A stretch of 25,243 bases of DNA from Octopus sinensis (GCF_006345805.1 NW_021836065.1:1-25243), one strand, 5' to 3'; counted from the first letter of the stretch, positions 10,808 to 22,416 are shown. The notes: generated by a model not told the origin, from the sequence alone. Numbers and translations are program-made.

Positions 10808-13800
10808 TTATTATTATTATTATTCTATGTTTGACTTTTGCTTTATGTCTGTACAAGTTGGCTCCAAGTCTCACCCAGAGACCTCAAGAGACAACAGATT
10901 GGAAGTTCTGTGCCATATATTTGGGGTTTTTTTTTTGGTGTTGTACTAGTGAATGTCTAATACATAAAAAAATAAATAAATATAAAACGTAAAATAAAAA
11001 AAAATAAATAAAAATAAAAAAAGAATAAAAAAAAAGTTTGTTTTAAACCTTGGGATTACATAGAGAGTATTTTGCGTAGGATATGAGCAGTTCCCACGAG
11101 CACTATCTTTTGAATTTCTGCCATTTTGGGGTTTCCTGGTATCTGAGTTAGGTAGCAATCAGTCCCTTTCGCTATCATTCCCAGGGCACCTATGACAACA
11201 GGTATTGTTTTAGTCTTCAGCTTCCACATTTTGCTGATTTCTATTTCAAGATCTTTATATTTGCTCAGTTTTTGGTAGGTCTTGACAGATACGTTATATC
11301 GATTGGGACAGTCATATCAATGAGAGGCATGTTCTTTGTCTGAAGTCTTTCAATATGATGTCTGGCCTATTTGCATCTATCTTCCTGTCAGTTTGAATGG
11401 TGAAGTTCCAGAGGAGTGAGATGTGGTCATTTTCAAGCACTGGAGGTGGATTGCGTTCCCACCAGTTTTTTTCATGGGGCAAATCCAGGTTTTTGCAAAT
11501 TACCCAGTGAATATATTGTGCAGCTCTATCATGCCTATTGAGGTACTCTGTAGGCGCTAGAAGACTGCATTTGGAGACAACATGATCAATGGTTTCATTT
11601 TGTTGTCGGCATACACGACATGTTGGGCTACTGCCATTCTTTTATATGTTGGCCTGGTAGTTTCTTGTTGGTAGGCATTGATCTTGAGCTGCTATGATAA
11701 ACCCCTCTGTTTCAGATTTTAAGCCAGAGGCCATTAGCCATTGATGGGTCAGGGCTTTGTCGATATCTGCGTTATTCGCTCTCTTTGGATATTTGCCATA
11801 GAGAGGTTTTTCTTGCCATTTATTATTCAGAATATCTAAGGCCGCAGTTTTGGCACGGGTTTTCATGCACCTAGCTTTTTCTGTGCTTGTTTCTTGTATG
11901 TCTATCTCTAATTCCGAAATTGGTTGTATTCGGAATTCACTTAGATATTCCTTTGCCTGTTTTGTGACTGAGTATGATGCTTTCTTGTTTTCATGTTTTG
12001 AGACAAGTTTTAACATCCAGTCCTCAGACTTTTTCAGGTAGGTGTCTAGGCCAATTGTAGCAATCTTCATTGTTATTGCCAGTTGCAAAAGACCACGCCT
12101 CCCTCTTTCTTGGCAGATAGAGTCGTTCTGTATCTGCCTTAGGGTGGTGCATTCTATGCATTGTCAACAGTTTTCTTATTTTTCTGTCGAGCTGACATAT
12201 TTCAGTAATTGACCAGTTAACAATATTGAAACTGTAAGTCACGACTGGTATGGCTAATGCATTGATCGCTTCGATTCTGTTTCTTGCATTCAGCTCTGTC
12301 TTGAGTATTGCTCTCACTCTTCGATAGCATTCTCTCCTGATTCTTTCCTTCATCTCTGAATGCCTTATTCCGTTCCCTTCAATTACCCCTAGGTACTTGT
12401 AGCTCTCCGCTGGGTCTAGTTCTTTTATGACATTCTGCTGGTCAAGGTTAACGTTAGATGTTTCTGTCATTTTTCCTTTGATAAAGGTAGCTTTTGCACA
12501 TTTATCGAGGCCGAATTGCATTCTGATGTCGTCACTGAATTGTTTGACTATCGCTAGTAAGCCCTTGAGTTGTTGGTCATTTTTTGCAAAAGCTTTAAAT
12601 CATCCATGTAAATGAGATGATTTATATTTTTTATCAAACATTTTATACCCGTACTGCGCGTCATTGAGCAGCTTTGAGAGAGGTATTAAGGATAAACAAA
12701 AGAGGAGTGGTGACAGTGAGTCACCCTGGAAAATGCCACACGAAATTTTTACATCACCAGCATTTAGGGATTCATTGTCACTATTCAGAGTTAGTGTGGT
12801 TCTCTATGATCTCATACTTACAGTCAAGAAGTTTCGCAGAGTAGGTGCTATTTTATACATTTCCAGGCATTTCCTAATCCAGCTATGCGGTAGGCTATCA
12901 AAAGCCTTTTTATAGTCTATCCAGGCTATTGATAAGTTTTTGTGTCGTTTGTGACAATCTTCTAAGATCATCTTATTGATGAGATGTTGGTCTTTACAGC
13001 CGTAGGATCCACGTTTACATCCTTTCTGTTCATTAGGGAATATGCTGCTGTCTGTTAAAAAACTATAGGTATATTCCGTCAGGACAGATGTTAGTGTTTT
13101 GTACATAGTTGTTAAGCAGGTTGTGGGTCTATAGTTTTTTGGTTCATTTGTTTCTTCACTTTTTGGAAGCAGGAATGTTAACCCATTAACTAGCCAAGGA
13201 GGCATCCTACTAGGGTGTTGCAAAACATCATTGTACAGTTCTGTTAGCAGTTCATGGCTCTCTAGGAGGCATTCAGCCAGAAGTTAGGAATTTTATCCTT
13301 TCCTGGAGACTTCCATTTGCTTGACCTCCTGAGAGCAGATCTTATATCTTCTACCTTGACACCCTCCCACTTTTGCTCTTCTAAGGGGTCCAGTTCTGTA
13401 GATATTCTGTGAATCCAGGGGGCCTTTTCGTTGTGTGTTTTTTCTTCTGCCCAGATTTTATTCCAAAACCCTGCACTTCTTCTTTTGATGGTACAGACCT
13501 TGCAGTAAACGCTGTTTTTCCTATCTTCCTGTAAAAATTCTTGGTGTTATTTTTGAACATGTTGTTGTCCTTGAAAAATCTAACACGCTTTTCATACCTC
13601 GCTATGCGGCAGCTTTGGCAGATACCTTTTGTTTGATGGTTTCTATGGTGGCATCAATATCAAGTATAGTTTTCATATTGTATTTTTTCAGTAATTTTTG
13701 GGTTTTTGTAGGTTTGGTAGTCTTGTGAGCCTAAGGTTTTCAAATATTCAATGTCAGATCTAAATACTTTAATTTGTTGTTGCAGACGCTCTTGCCAAGA

Positions 13801-14904
13801 AGGCTTTTTGTGGGAATGTTGCCGTTTTCTAATCTTTACACCACATAGGATCGTTGAGATTTTCGCGGATGCATAGTATAGGTGGTTGAGGTTTGTGATA
13901 TCAACGTCATTAGCTGAAATTATATCCTTAAGTGCAAGCCGGATTTTCCCAATTATTTTCATGTTTTGGTTAGAATTGCGGATTTTAGGAAGTGTATCAC
14001 GTTCATCCATGCTGGTTTCTTTAATTTTCAGCCATTCAATCATGATTTGATTTTTTAGCTCATGTAGTTCTGTTGGGTCAATATTTGTGTGACTTTCTTT
14101 ATCTATTTGATGCTCATCTGTCTTAGTGTTTATGATTGGTTCAGGGAGTATTTCACTTTGCCTATCACTTATACTAACTCTTTCAATCCTCACTTCGTTT
14201 TTATCAGCCCTGGGCTGGTCTATAATTATTTCCTCTGTTTTATCTTCTCTAGCTGCAGCCTCGTTCATTTTATCCGATATTGCTTGTCTAACTTGATCAA
14301 TCTCTACTTCAGTCAGTAATTTTTTTTTTATAATGTTTCTTCTGACGTTGGCAAGTTTGTTACTGTCTATGTAGGGTCTTACTTCAGGGTGTTTCTGTCT
14401 CCAGTTTAAGTATGCTTGTACAGTGCTAGATTTATCTGTGGGGAAATATATGGCATGGTAGAAGGCCTCAAGAACTTCTTTATTATCTTCCCTAGACCAT
14501 TTCTCCTTCTTTTTCTTTTGATTATTTGGTGATGAGCATGGATGGCCATCTGTTGGAATATTCCGGTTGTGGGGTACGTCCAGCTCCTGTGTGTTGGGAA
14601 GATTTGATCCAGTAGCTGATTTTTCAATCAGAATTTGGTTCAATTTTCGAGTACGTGGTCTTTTGTAATCCGCGCAACGACCAATGCGGTTTATTGTTTC
14701 ATTTGTTGACCTTGAAGCATGACGAGCATCCATTCTTATATTAGGAGATGGATCTGTCAGTTTAGGGTTCTCTACATGTAAGCATTGCTCATAGCGCAGC
14801 TTTTTAAGACTAGCAGATCTATATTCGTCTGTATTTTTTTTTGTTGATAGTTTTATCTCCGAACATTTTTTCCCCCTCTTCCTTTCTTCAAGGCTCACTC
14901 TGCC
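10808..14904 (-). mobile_element. R4/Dong-clade non-LTR retrotransposon (RLE endonuclease type), near full length, frameshifted
   Basis: N-terminal KWSREDNKEVLEAFY motif (about 14506-14465); RT motifs QKGCKRGSYGCKDQ, AWIDYKKAFDS, GIFQGDSLSP (12737-12709), YMDD (12610-12599), FGLDKC, YKYLG; CCHC knuckle CRVC..H..C (11620-11567); RPDII (11368-11357); GTAHILRKILSM-stop (TAA at 11058-11056); 3' UTR and (AAT)n tail at 10808-10824. Broken into at least five ORF pieces. Confidence 0.95.
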
Positions 14905-14949
<45 letters not shown>

Positions 14950-15765
14950 TATGATTGTTATTCCTTCGTAACACAGTGTAGGTAAAAATGCACCGCTGTC
15001 TTTAGTCATCTGTCAAGTGACAAGGACCTCTGACATATAATACTTTCCTTAAGATGTGCGCTGTGCCCAGCAAGGCTGCTTTTTGCAAGACATCAATCTT
15101 GCATGGGATTTCCAGTTGCCTTAAGAAGTCTTGAAGTTTCAATGGGATTGAGCCCAACGCTCCGATCGCCACTGGTATAACTTTTACATTATCCTCGTGC
15201 ATTCCATACAGTTTTGCCATTTCCACTTCCAATTCGGAGTACTTGGTGATTTTTTTTTCAACCTCTTTACTCACAACATTCATGTCATTTGGTATGGCTA
15301 CATCAATGATCTGACACTATTTGTCTTCATAATTCACTATGACAATATCCGGCCGACAGTTTTCAATTACATGATCCGCCTGAAAATCATAGTCCCAGAG
15401 TATCGTTACTTTTCCATCCTCCAGCATAACTTTACTTGGTACATGTTCATACCAGTTCTCTTTAACTTTATATTGGTATTTACGGCATAAGAACCAATGA
15501 CAATACACACACACTTTATCGTGACGGCGCTTGTAATCTTATTGTGCAAGGCTCTCATATCCACTTACCAAGTGGGTCACATTTTCCACACTCTTTCCAC
15601 AGATTCTGCATCTCTGGGTGTCAGAAGTTTTATAGATGCTATACTTCACTGAATTGGTAGCGAGAGCCTGGTCTTGTGCAGTAATGATCAGACTTTTAGT
15701 GGTTACGTTGCGAGTTGGTTGCAGAGAAAGGTTGGCTTCGGATTTCACATCTACAATCCTTAAAG
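14905..15765 (-). mobile_element. Second, divergent R4/Dong-clade LINE, 5'-truncated (knuckle, RLE domain, 3' UTR, (AAT)n tail)
   Basis: SLIITAQDQAL, CRICGKSVENVTHLVSG, YKRRHD, RPDIVIV, IIDVAIP, KYSEL, IPVAIGALG and LGTAHILRKVL, with in-frame stops; (TTA)n at 14905-14946. Confidence 0.93.
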
Positions 15766-15830
15766 CAAGAACGAAATCCGGGGCCAATTGGTATTTGTTA
15801 ATCAATTGAATGATTATATGAGTCACATAT

Positions 15831-16176
15831 GCGCAGGCGTGGCTGTGTGGTAAGAAGTCTGCTTCCCAACAATATGGCTTCCACTGCGTGGCACTTTGAT
15901 TTGGTGTCTTCTGTAGCCTCTTACGACCAAAGCGTTTTGAATGGAGGATTTGATTGGTGGAAACTGAAAGAAGCTCGTCATATATACATACACGTGTGTG
16001 TGTGTATACTACTTGACAACGGGCGTTGGTTTATTTACTTCCCTGTAACTTAAGGGTTCGGCAAAGAAAAACCGATAAAATAAGTACCCGGCGGGGTTGA
16101 TTCATTGAACTAAAAACTCTCGAAGGCGGAGCCCCAGCATGGCCGTGGGCTAATAAATGAAACATCTAAAAGATAG
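15831..16176 (+). mobile_element. SINE type A, diverged copy
   Basis: GCGCAGGCGTGGCTGTGTGGTAAG head through GGCGGAGCCCCAGCATGGCC tail, with internal deletions. Confidence 0.85.
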
Positions 16177-16432
16177 ATTTCTTTATTGGCCACACAGGGC
16201 TGAACACAGAAGGGACAAAATACAAAGCAGAGCTTTTCTTTTTGGGAAGAAGAGAAGGAGAAAAAAAGGGGGGGGGCGTATTCCGATCAAAAGGGATCGT
16301 GAAAAAAAAAAACTGGGGGCAATCAATAGGGATCGTGTATCACAGAAATGACAACGTAAAAAGGGAAAACAGATTAGGTTTGTCCGCGGATAGAAAAGCC
16401 TACGGAAAAGACTACGGGAACCTTGGGCAATA
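16177..16432 (-). mobile_element. Possible 3' terminal fragment of another retroelement
   Basis: The minus strand is T/C-rich and ends in GGCCAATAAAGAAATC (AATAAA signal), as in an L1/Tx1-type 3' UTR. No coding motif seen; family assignment is from memory only. Confidence 0.3.
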
Positions 16433-16640
16433 GTAGTAAAGATAAAAGCGATGAAGGTACAAGCTTAGAAAAAAAGGATCTGTATGTAATGCATCGAGTG
16501 TTCAGTTACTTCCTGCCGTCGAGAATCTGACCTTCTTGTACATCGACTCCATTGGTAACTAATTCGGCGAACTTGAGCAAGCCATACGAAGTTTCTGTCT
16601 CAGTGACATGGCGATCCCCTATGCCGTTAGTTACGATAAC

Positions 16641-17030
16641 TGGATCTCCGTCAGTTGCGACGATGAGTATTCCAGTTGATCCGATCAACGGAACAGCTTG
16701 CTCGTGAAATTAACGTGCATGTGGCAGAGTACTCCACAGACCTTACCCCCTTTACGTCGACATCAGGGAGATTCAGCGTAACATAGAATGTGACAAGGCT
16801 AACCCCCTTTGAATTACATACACAACTTATTTTTTCTGGCTGAGCTGAGTGGAATACAGCTCCACTCATTGGAATGCAGCGCCACTCATTGGAATGCAGC
16901 TCCACTCAGTGGAATGCAGCTCCACTCAGTGGAATAAGGTGTCTTGCTCAAGGACACAACGCGCTGCTGAGAATCGAACCCACGGTGTTACGATTGTGAG
17001 CCAAATACCCTAGCCACGGGACCATCTGCC
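16641..17030 (-). mobile_element. tRNA-derived SINE sharing the type C central domain, with a different 3' tail
   Basis: Minus strand: GGCAGATGGTCCCGTGGCTAGGG...GGGTTCGATTCTC head, TCCTTGAGCAAGACACCTTATTCCAC core, tail GTTGATCGGATCAACTGGAATACTCATCGTCGCAACTGACGGAG. Confidence 0.8.
16845..16936. repeat. 20-bp tandem minisatellite (about 4.5 units) with internal palindrome, inside the SINE
   Basis: GGAATRCAGCKCCACTCAKT units start at 16851, 16871, 16891 and 16911, with a partial unit at 16931. Confidence 0.9.
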
Positions 17031-17660
17031 ATCGTTAGTCACGATAGCATAAAAAAATCTGAAGCAAAACAAACTAAAAGCGATCCATTAAACTATCTGT
17101 AATGAAAATAGCAATTTGACATCGATATTTCAACCAACCGGGATAGCGAGTCATCTCCTGTTAACTCACCGTGGCTGTTTATTTATCACCGAAGGCATTT
17201 TTCTAAATCCCGCAGCGTTTCTTTCCCTTTCGAAAATAAAATACAAAAATGGCGTCTAATTACGTTTGATATATCTCTAAATAGAACAGAGATGTGTTGA
17301 CGTGGAAATAAATATGATAATCTGATTGGTTCTGTTAGATTAAGGAAGACACCTGTCGAGTGTCTTTTTTCTTTTTTTTTCTTTTCTTTCTAAACATCTG
17401 AACTCGCCATTGTGATGAGAACAAAAGATTAGATATTTAGCAGAATACTTTTTTTTTTGCTGAATTTCATTTCTTAACGATAACATTGCCGCCACCATCG
17501 CTGTCACTGGTGCCGCCACCATCGCCGGACCCGTCTCTGTAGATGTCGCTGCTGCCTTTGTCGCTTGCCAACTCCACCACCGGGAACACTGACGTTGCTA
17601 CTCCTCTCACCGTCACCACCATTGTTGTCGTCGGTGCAAACAACAACAACAACAACAACA

Positions 17661-17695
<35 letters not shown>

Positions 17696-17711
17696 GCAGC
17701 AACAACAGTGC

Positions 17712-18059
17712 AGGCGCAATGGCCCAGTGGTTAGGGCAGCGGACTCGCGGTCAGAGGATCGCGGTTTCGATTCCCAGACCGGGCGTTGTGTGTGTTTATT
17801 GAGCGAAAACACCTGAAGTTCCACGAGGTACCGGCATGGGGTGGTGGCGACCCCTGTTGTACTCTTTCGCCTCAACTTTCTCTCACTCTTTCTTCCTGTT
17901 TCTTATCCCCGACTTCCTACACAATCGCTGAGCCTGGATGCGCATTCAGCCATCCGTCGATGCTCTCGGTGTCGGGGGTTGACCTGCTTTCTCTTCTGCG
18001 GGTCTTACGAATAGCAAAGGACCACGTTTCGGGCTTCTCCCACGAAGACCACTTCGCTC
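17712..18059 (+). mobile_element. tRNA(Arg)-like SINE type D, tail variant 1, followed by (AAAC)n/(AAC)n
   Basis: GGCGCAATGGCCCAGTGGTTAGGGCAGCGGACTCGCGG...GGTTTCGATTCCC head; 17712-17904 collinear with the reverse complement of 21206-21398. Confidence 0.88.
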
Positions 18060-18398
18060 AACAAACAAACAAACAAACAAACAAACAAACAGCAACAACA
18101 ACAACAACAACAACAACATTAGCAACAGTAACAATAGCAACTATAGCAGCAGTTACTCCAAATACTTTCTGTAGAAAAATCTCTTAAAAAACATTTTATA
18201 TTCTTCACCAGCGATATTTCTGGAAGTGATTTAAATCTCAGATGAACGGAATCAAGTCCTCCTTGGTTAAGAAGATCCATGTATTTCAATAAACAAAAAA
18301 TAGTTAAAAACCAACTCTTCAAACGAGGACCAGGAGTAGCAGTTAATAGTAATAATTAGTTATCTGTTAGTGAGGCTTGGTGGGTGGGGGGGGGGCGG

Positions 18399-18462
18399 AC
18401 TTTCTAGGCGCAATCCCATGGTCATTCAGGACGGACGATGATTTTACTCTTACCCTTTACCC
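18399..18462 (+). mobile_element. 3' tail fragment of SINE type C
   Basis: ACTTTCTAGGCGCAATCCCATGGTCATTCA matches 3647-3677. Confidence 0.7.
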
Positions 18463-18754
18463 AAATATTCAAAAATCACAAAAGAATCAAAACTGAAGGT
18501 AGAGTAACTTAAGAAATAAATGCAAAATGAATGTGAAATTATTTCAGGATTCCAATTTAGTGCAGTTTCATTTGTGGATCGTCGGAATTGCAAAGAGGAA
18601 CTCAAGTAAATATGTCACGTTTAAGTAATGAAAGCTGGAAAACGGAAGTGGCAGGAAAGAACGACGTAAACGGAAGCAAGGAGGAAAAATTGGAAATGAA
18701 GAAGACTGAACTAGTTTACATTGTGATTAATAAGGCAGACGGAATATTGGTTTC

Positions 18755-18962
18755 ATATTTTGGCACAAGGCCAGAATTTTCGGGGGAGGGGTTAAGTTGA
18801 TTACATTGTTCTCAGTGTTCAATTGAAACTTGCTTTATCGACCCCGAAAAGAAGAAAAGCAAAGTCGACCACGGTGGAATTTGATCTCAGAATACGTTAA
18901 GACGGAAGAAATGCCGCTAAGCATTTTTCCGGTTTGCTAACGATTCTGCCATCTCGCTGTCC
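18755..18962 (-). mobile_element. SINE type B, older copy
   Basis: Collinear with, but diverged from, the adjacent copy at 18978-19193. Confidence 0.85.
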
Positions 18963-18977
18963 TAAGGCAACCGAAAT

Positions 18978-19193
18978 ATTCTTTTCTACTCTAGGCACAT
19001 GGCCCGAAATTTTTGGGGAGCCGGCCAGTAGATTAGATCGACCCCAGTACGCAACTGGTACTTAATTTATCGAGCCCGAAAGGATGAAAGGCAAAGTCGA
19101 TCTCGGCGGAATTTGAGCTCAGAACGTAAAGACAGACAAAATACTGCTAAGTATTTCGCCCGGCGTGCTTACGTTTCTGCTGGCTCGCCGCCT
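18978..19193 (-). mobile_element. SINE type B, full length, with a 15-bp target-site duplication
   Basis: Minus-strand head GGCGGCGAGCCAGCAGAAACGTAAGC...GAGCTCAAATTCC; TAAGGCAACCGAAAT at 18963-18977 and 19194-19208. Confidence 0.9.
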
Positions 19194-19208
19194 TAAGGCA
19201 ACCGAAAT

Positions 19209-19240
19209 GTTCTTTTTTGCTCTAAGCACAAGGCCCGAAA
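19209..19240 (-). mobile_element. SINE type B, 3'-terminal ~32-bp stub
   Basis: GTTCTTTTTTGCTCTAAGCACAAGGCCCGAAA resembles 18978-19009 and is followed by a third CAACCGAAAT (19243-19252). Confidence 0.7.
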
Positions 19241-20095
19241 AACAACCGAAATATTAAAATAGAAAATAATCTAATATACCAACATATGAAGTATAAAATA
19301 TAAATTCCAAAAATAGAATACAAAATATAGTTACGTGGGGATTGACAATGTAAATAGCTGGAAATATGATTTGCAAGGCCCTCGTTGCATTGTAATTCCA
19401 ATTACTTTCATGAAATGTTCAACTCATCTGTTTAAAATGAAGAGTTGCGTTCTAAACAGCATCTCAAACCGTTGGAATTAATATATTTTAAATTTAAAGA
19501 CAACTGAAATAAAATTAATATATAATTAATACAATTAAACAGATTATGAAAGGTGATATGTGGTGTTGAATTATTCCACTTACGTGTTCAAGTTCTTCAT
19601 TTAACATGATTGGCTTCGAAGTCCCTCTCATAGCATGAGAATGAAGATTTTATATTGCGAAAAGAATTAGAATAAAATTAAATTGAGATTATTTAAGTGG
19701 ATGTGAGTTATTGAATTATTAATGTGTAACGACATACAAACTCTCCTTTAACGATAAAAAAAAAACGAAAACCAAAAACCAAAAAGAGACATTATACTGT
19801 AATACTCCTTGAGATATCTTTCATGTGATGCATATTTTGAATGACGATGTTTGAAAAGGGATTTGTTCAGCTAGGTAATTCTCAGTGTTTGTTATCCGGG
19901 AAATGATTTAAAAGATATATGTGTAGGCAAACATTGCTGCAGGTAACCGGAAGTGAATTCAGAATTTTCATTAAGAGAACTATTTGAAAACAAGATTCCA
20001 TACGATTGAGAGTGCTGAAGATAAAAAGTTAATTGAACGTTTTACTGTTTGACAAAACAAATTTATTTCTTATTTAAAAAAAACTCCACATACAT

Positions 20096-20105
20096 AACAC
20101 ACACA

Positions 20106-20204
<99 letters not shown>

Positions 20205-20224
20205 TAATATATATATATACACAC
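20096..20224. repeat. (CA)n/(TA)n microsatellite
   Basis: Direct reading. Confidence 0.95.
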
Positions 20225-20350
20225 GCTAAAGCTCATGTCAGAACTTCTAGGATGATTGCCAGATGTGTGGCTATGTTGAATATACTGTGTTTTGAATGAA
20301 TTTGCAGTTAATCCATTTTTACGCTGTAAACGGTCCCGTTAAATGTATAC

Positions 20351-20558
20351 TCGTTTTACTCTTTTACTTGTTTCAGTCATTTGACTGCGGCCATGCTGGT
20401 GCACCGCCTTTAGTCGAGCAAATCGACCTCAGGACTTATTCTTTGTAAGCCTAGTACGTATTCTATCGGTTTCTTTTGCCGAACCGCTAAAACACACGAG
20501 AATCGGTTGTCAAGCGATGTTGGGGGGACAGACACAGACACACAAACATACACGCACG

Positions 20559-20601
<43 letters not shown>

Positions 20602-20792
20602 CACACACTCACACACATATGTACATATATACGACGGGCTTCTTTCAGTTTCCGTTTACCAAATCCACTCTCAAGGCTTTGGTCGGCCCGAGGCTATAGT
20701 AGAAGACACTTGCTGAAGGTGCCACGCAGTGGGACTGAACCCGGAACCATGTGGTTGGTAAGCAAGCTACTTACCACACAGCCGCTCCTGCG
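20351..20792 (-). mobile_element. SINE type A, full length, with internal (CA)n expansion
   Basis: Reverse complement collinear with 5176-5578. Confidence 0.92.
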
Positions 20793-21101
20793 TATATATG
20801 TGTTTGAGTGATTATTGCTTTGAAAAATCATAGCAATCTTAAATTTATAATCTTGCAAACTAAAAATTTCAAGATTGTTCATTTTTGGTAGAAAGTGAAT
20901 GTTACAATTTGATTTGATTAATATTTCTCAAACATTGTTGAAAATTGGATGTGGTAAAGGATGAAACTTTCGCGGAAAATTCTGTAATAACGGTGGACAG
21001 GGGGAAATTGATTTAGCAGCAAAGAATATACAAAATATTTTCCCCATTATTTTCCTATTCCTCTGGATTTATGAAATACCATATTTTCTATATCTTACGT
21101 C

Positions 21102-21398
21102 GCCCTTTTTAAGCCTAACCAGGCCCAAGGGCCCGGTTTCCCGGCTTCTGTGGCGTATGTGTTCCCCCCAGCTGGACGGGACGCCAGTCCACCGCAGCGT
21201 TACTCAAGAAACACGAAGAGAGAGTGAGAGAAAGTTGTGGCGAAAGAGTACAACAGGGGTCGCCACCCCCCTGCCTGAGCATCGTGGAGCTTTTTAGGTG
21301 TTTTCTCTCATTAAACACACACAACGCCCGGTCTGGGAATCGAAACCGCGATATCCCGGCCGTGAGTCCGCTGCCCTAACCATTGGGCCATTGCGCCT
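21102..21398 (-). mobile_element. SINE type D, tail variant 2
   Basis: Same ~190-bp head and body as 17712, then GAGTAACGCTGCGGTGGACTGGCGTCCCGTCCAGCTGGGGGGAACAC...GGTTAGGCTTAAAAAGGG. Confidence 0.88.
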
Positions 21399-21683
21399 CC
21401 ACTTCTATATCTTACCTTTTCAATAAATCCAATATATTTCAATAAAATCATTATTGTAGTCTTAAACGTCAATGAATGGAGTTTCATTATGAAACACATT
21501 GTTTAAAATATCGTGGACTCTTTTCAGTCTTCTATTTATCTTTGAAAGCCTTCTCTTCATTTACAGTGTCCTGTACAACTATTATCAACATTTTAGACTT
21601 CATTATAGAAATACACATCCGATTCACGTGCTTTTTTTCTAATATTCATTTCCTTCTCTCCGGATTTTTTCTCTTTCCTTTTT

Positions 21684-21711
21684 CTGGCGAAGAGCCATTG
21701 CTCGAAACGTC
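21684..21711 (+). ncRNA. Degenerate minimal hammerhead motif, Penelope terminal-repeat type
   Basis: CTGGCGA-A-GAGC-catt-GCTC-GAAA-CGTC. A6 is replaced by G and stem I does not pair. Confidence 0.5.
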
Positions 21712-21794
21712 ACAGCCTCTCTTTTTCCATCATAATTTCACTGTGCGCCTCCTTCTGACTTTATCTATGTTTTTGCGTATGTGTGTTCGTCGAT

Positions 21795-21832
<38 letters not shown>

Positions 21833-22215
21833 TATATATATATATATATACACATATATCAGGTCGTCGACGACATACGGCCGATCGACTTTGCAACGAT
21901 TGGTGCGCCAGTTCCCGGTAGCAATAATAAACATGCCAGTTGAAATCTAATGGGTTAAATTCTTAGAAATTAATCCATCTACGGATGATGTCAGCTAACA
22001 AACTCTTCCCCTAGGTTTGGTTATCAATCGCCACTGTAATGGATGACTATCCTGTCGCGGAGACATCAAAGCAACCTCGTATTTGTTTATAAGACAACTA
22101 CTTGAGACTAACGCCAGTATAATAGTATAATACAGAATGATGCGCGTGACTTTTACCAGAGAATGTACCTTAAGAATATATAGATATAAAACAAAGCTAT
22201 GTAGGCTTATAGGCC

Positions 22216-22219
<4 letters not shown>

Positions 22220-22296
<77 letters not shown>

Positions 22297-22317
22297 TATA
22301 TATATAATATATAATAT

Positions 22318-22375
<58 letters not shown>

Positions 22376-22416
22376 TATATATATATAATATATATATATA
22401 TAATATATATATATAT
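22220..22416. repeat. (TA)n microsatellite
   Basis: Direct reading. Confidence 0.95.

Noticed and set aside
14780-14904. HDV-like ribozyme at the Dong A 5' end (GGCAGA could pair with TCTGCT)
   Set aside because: No P3/L3, P1.1 or J4/2 elements could be assembled by eye.
11850-15490. Plus-strand ORFs at 11850, 12427, 12664, 14089 and 15197
   Set aside because: Antisense shadows of the Dong LINE coding strand.
16506-16905. Protein-like minus-strand ORFs (16506-16688, 16651-16905)
   Set aside because: Largely translation of the SINE body and tail; the remainder has no recognisable motif or good splice signals.
16845-16936. CRISPR-like palindromic repeats
   Set aside because: Units are contiguous with no unique spacers, lie within a SINE, and the context is eukaryotic with no cas genes.
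19886-19942. Cys-rich mini-exon VCYPGNDLKDICVGKHCC
   Set aside because: Weak acceptor and donor; an open stretch this short is expected by chance.
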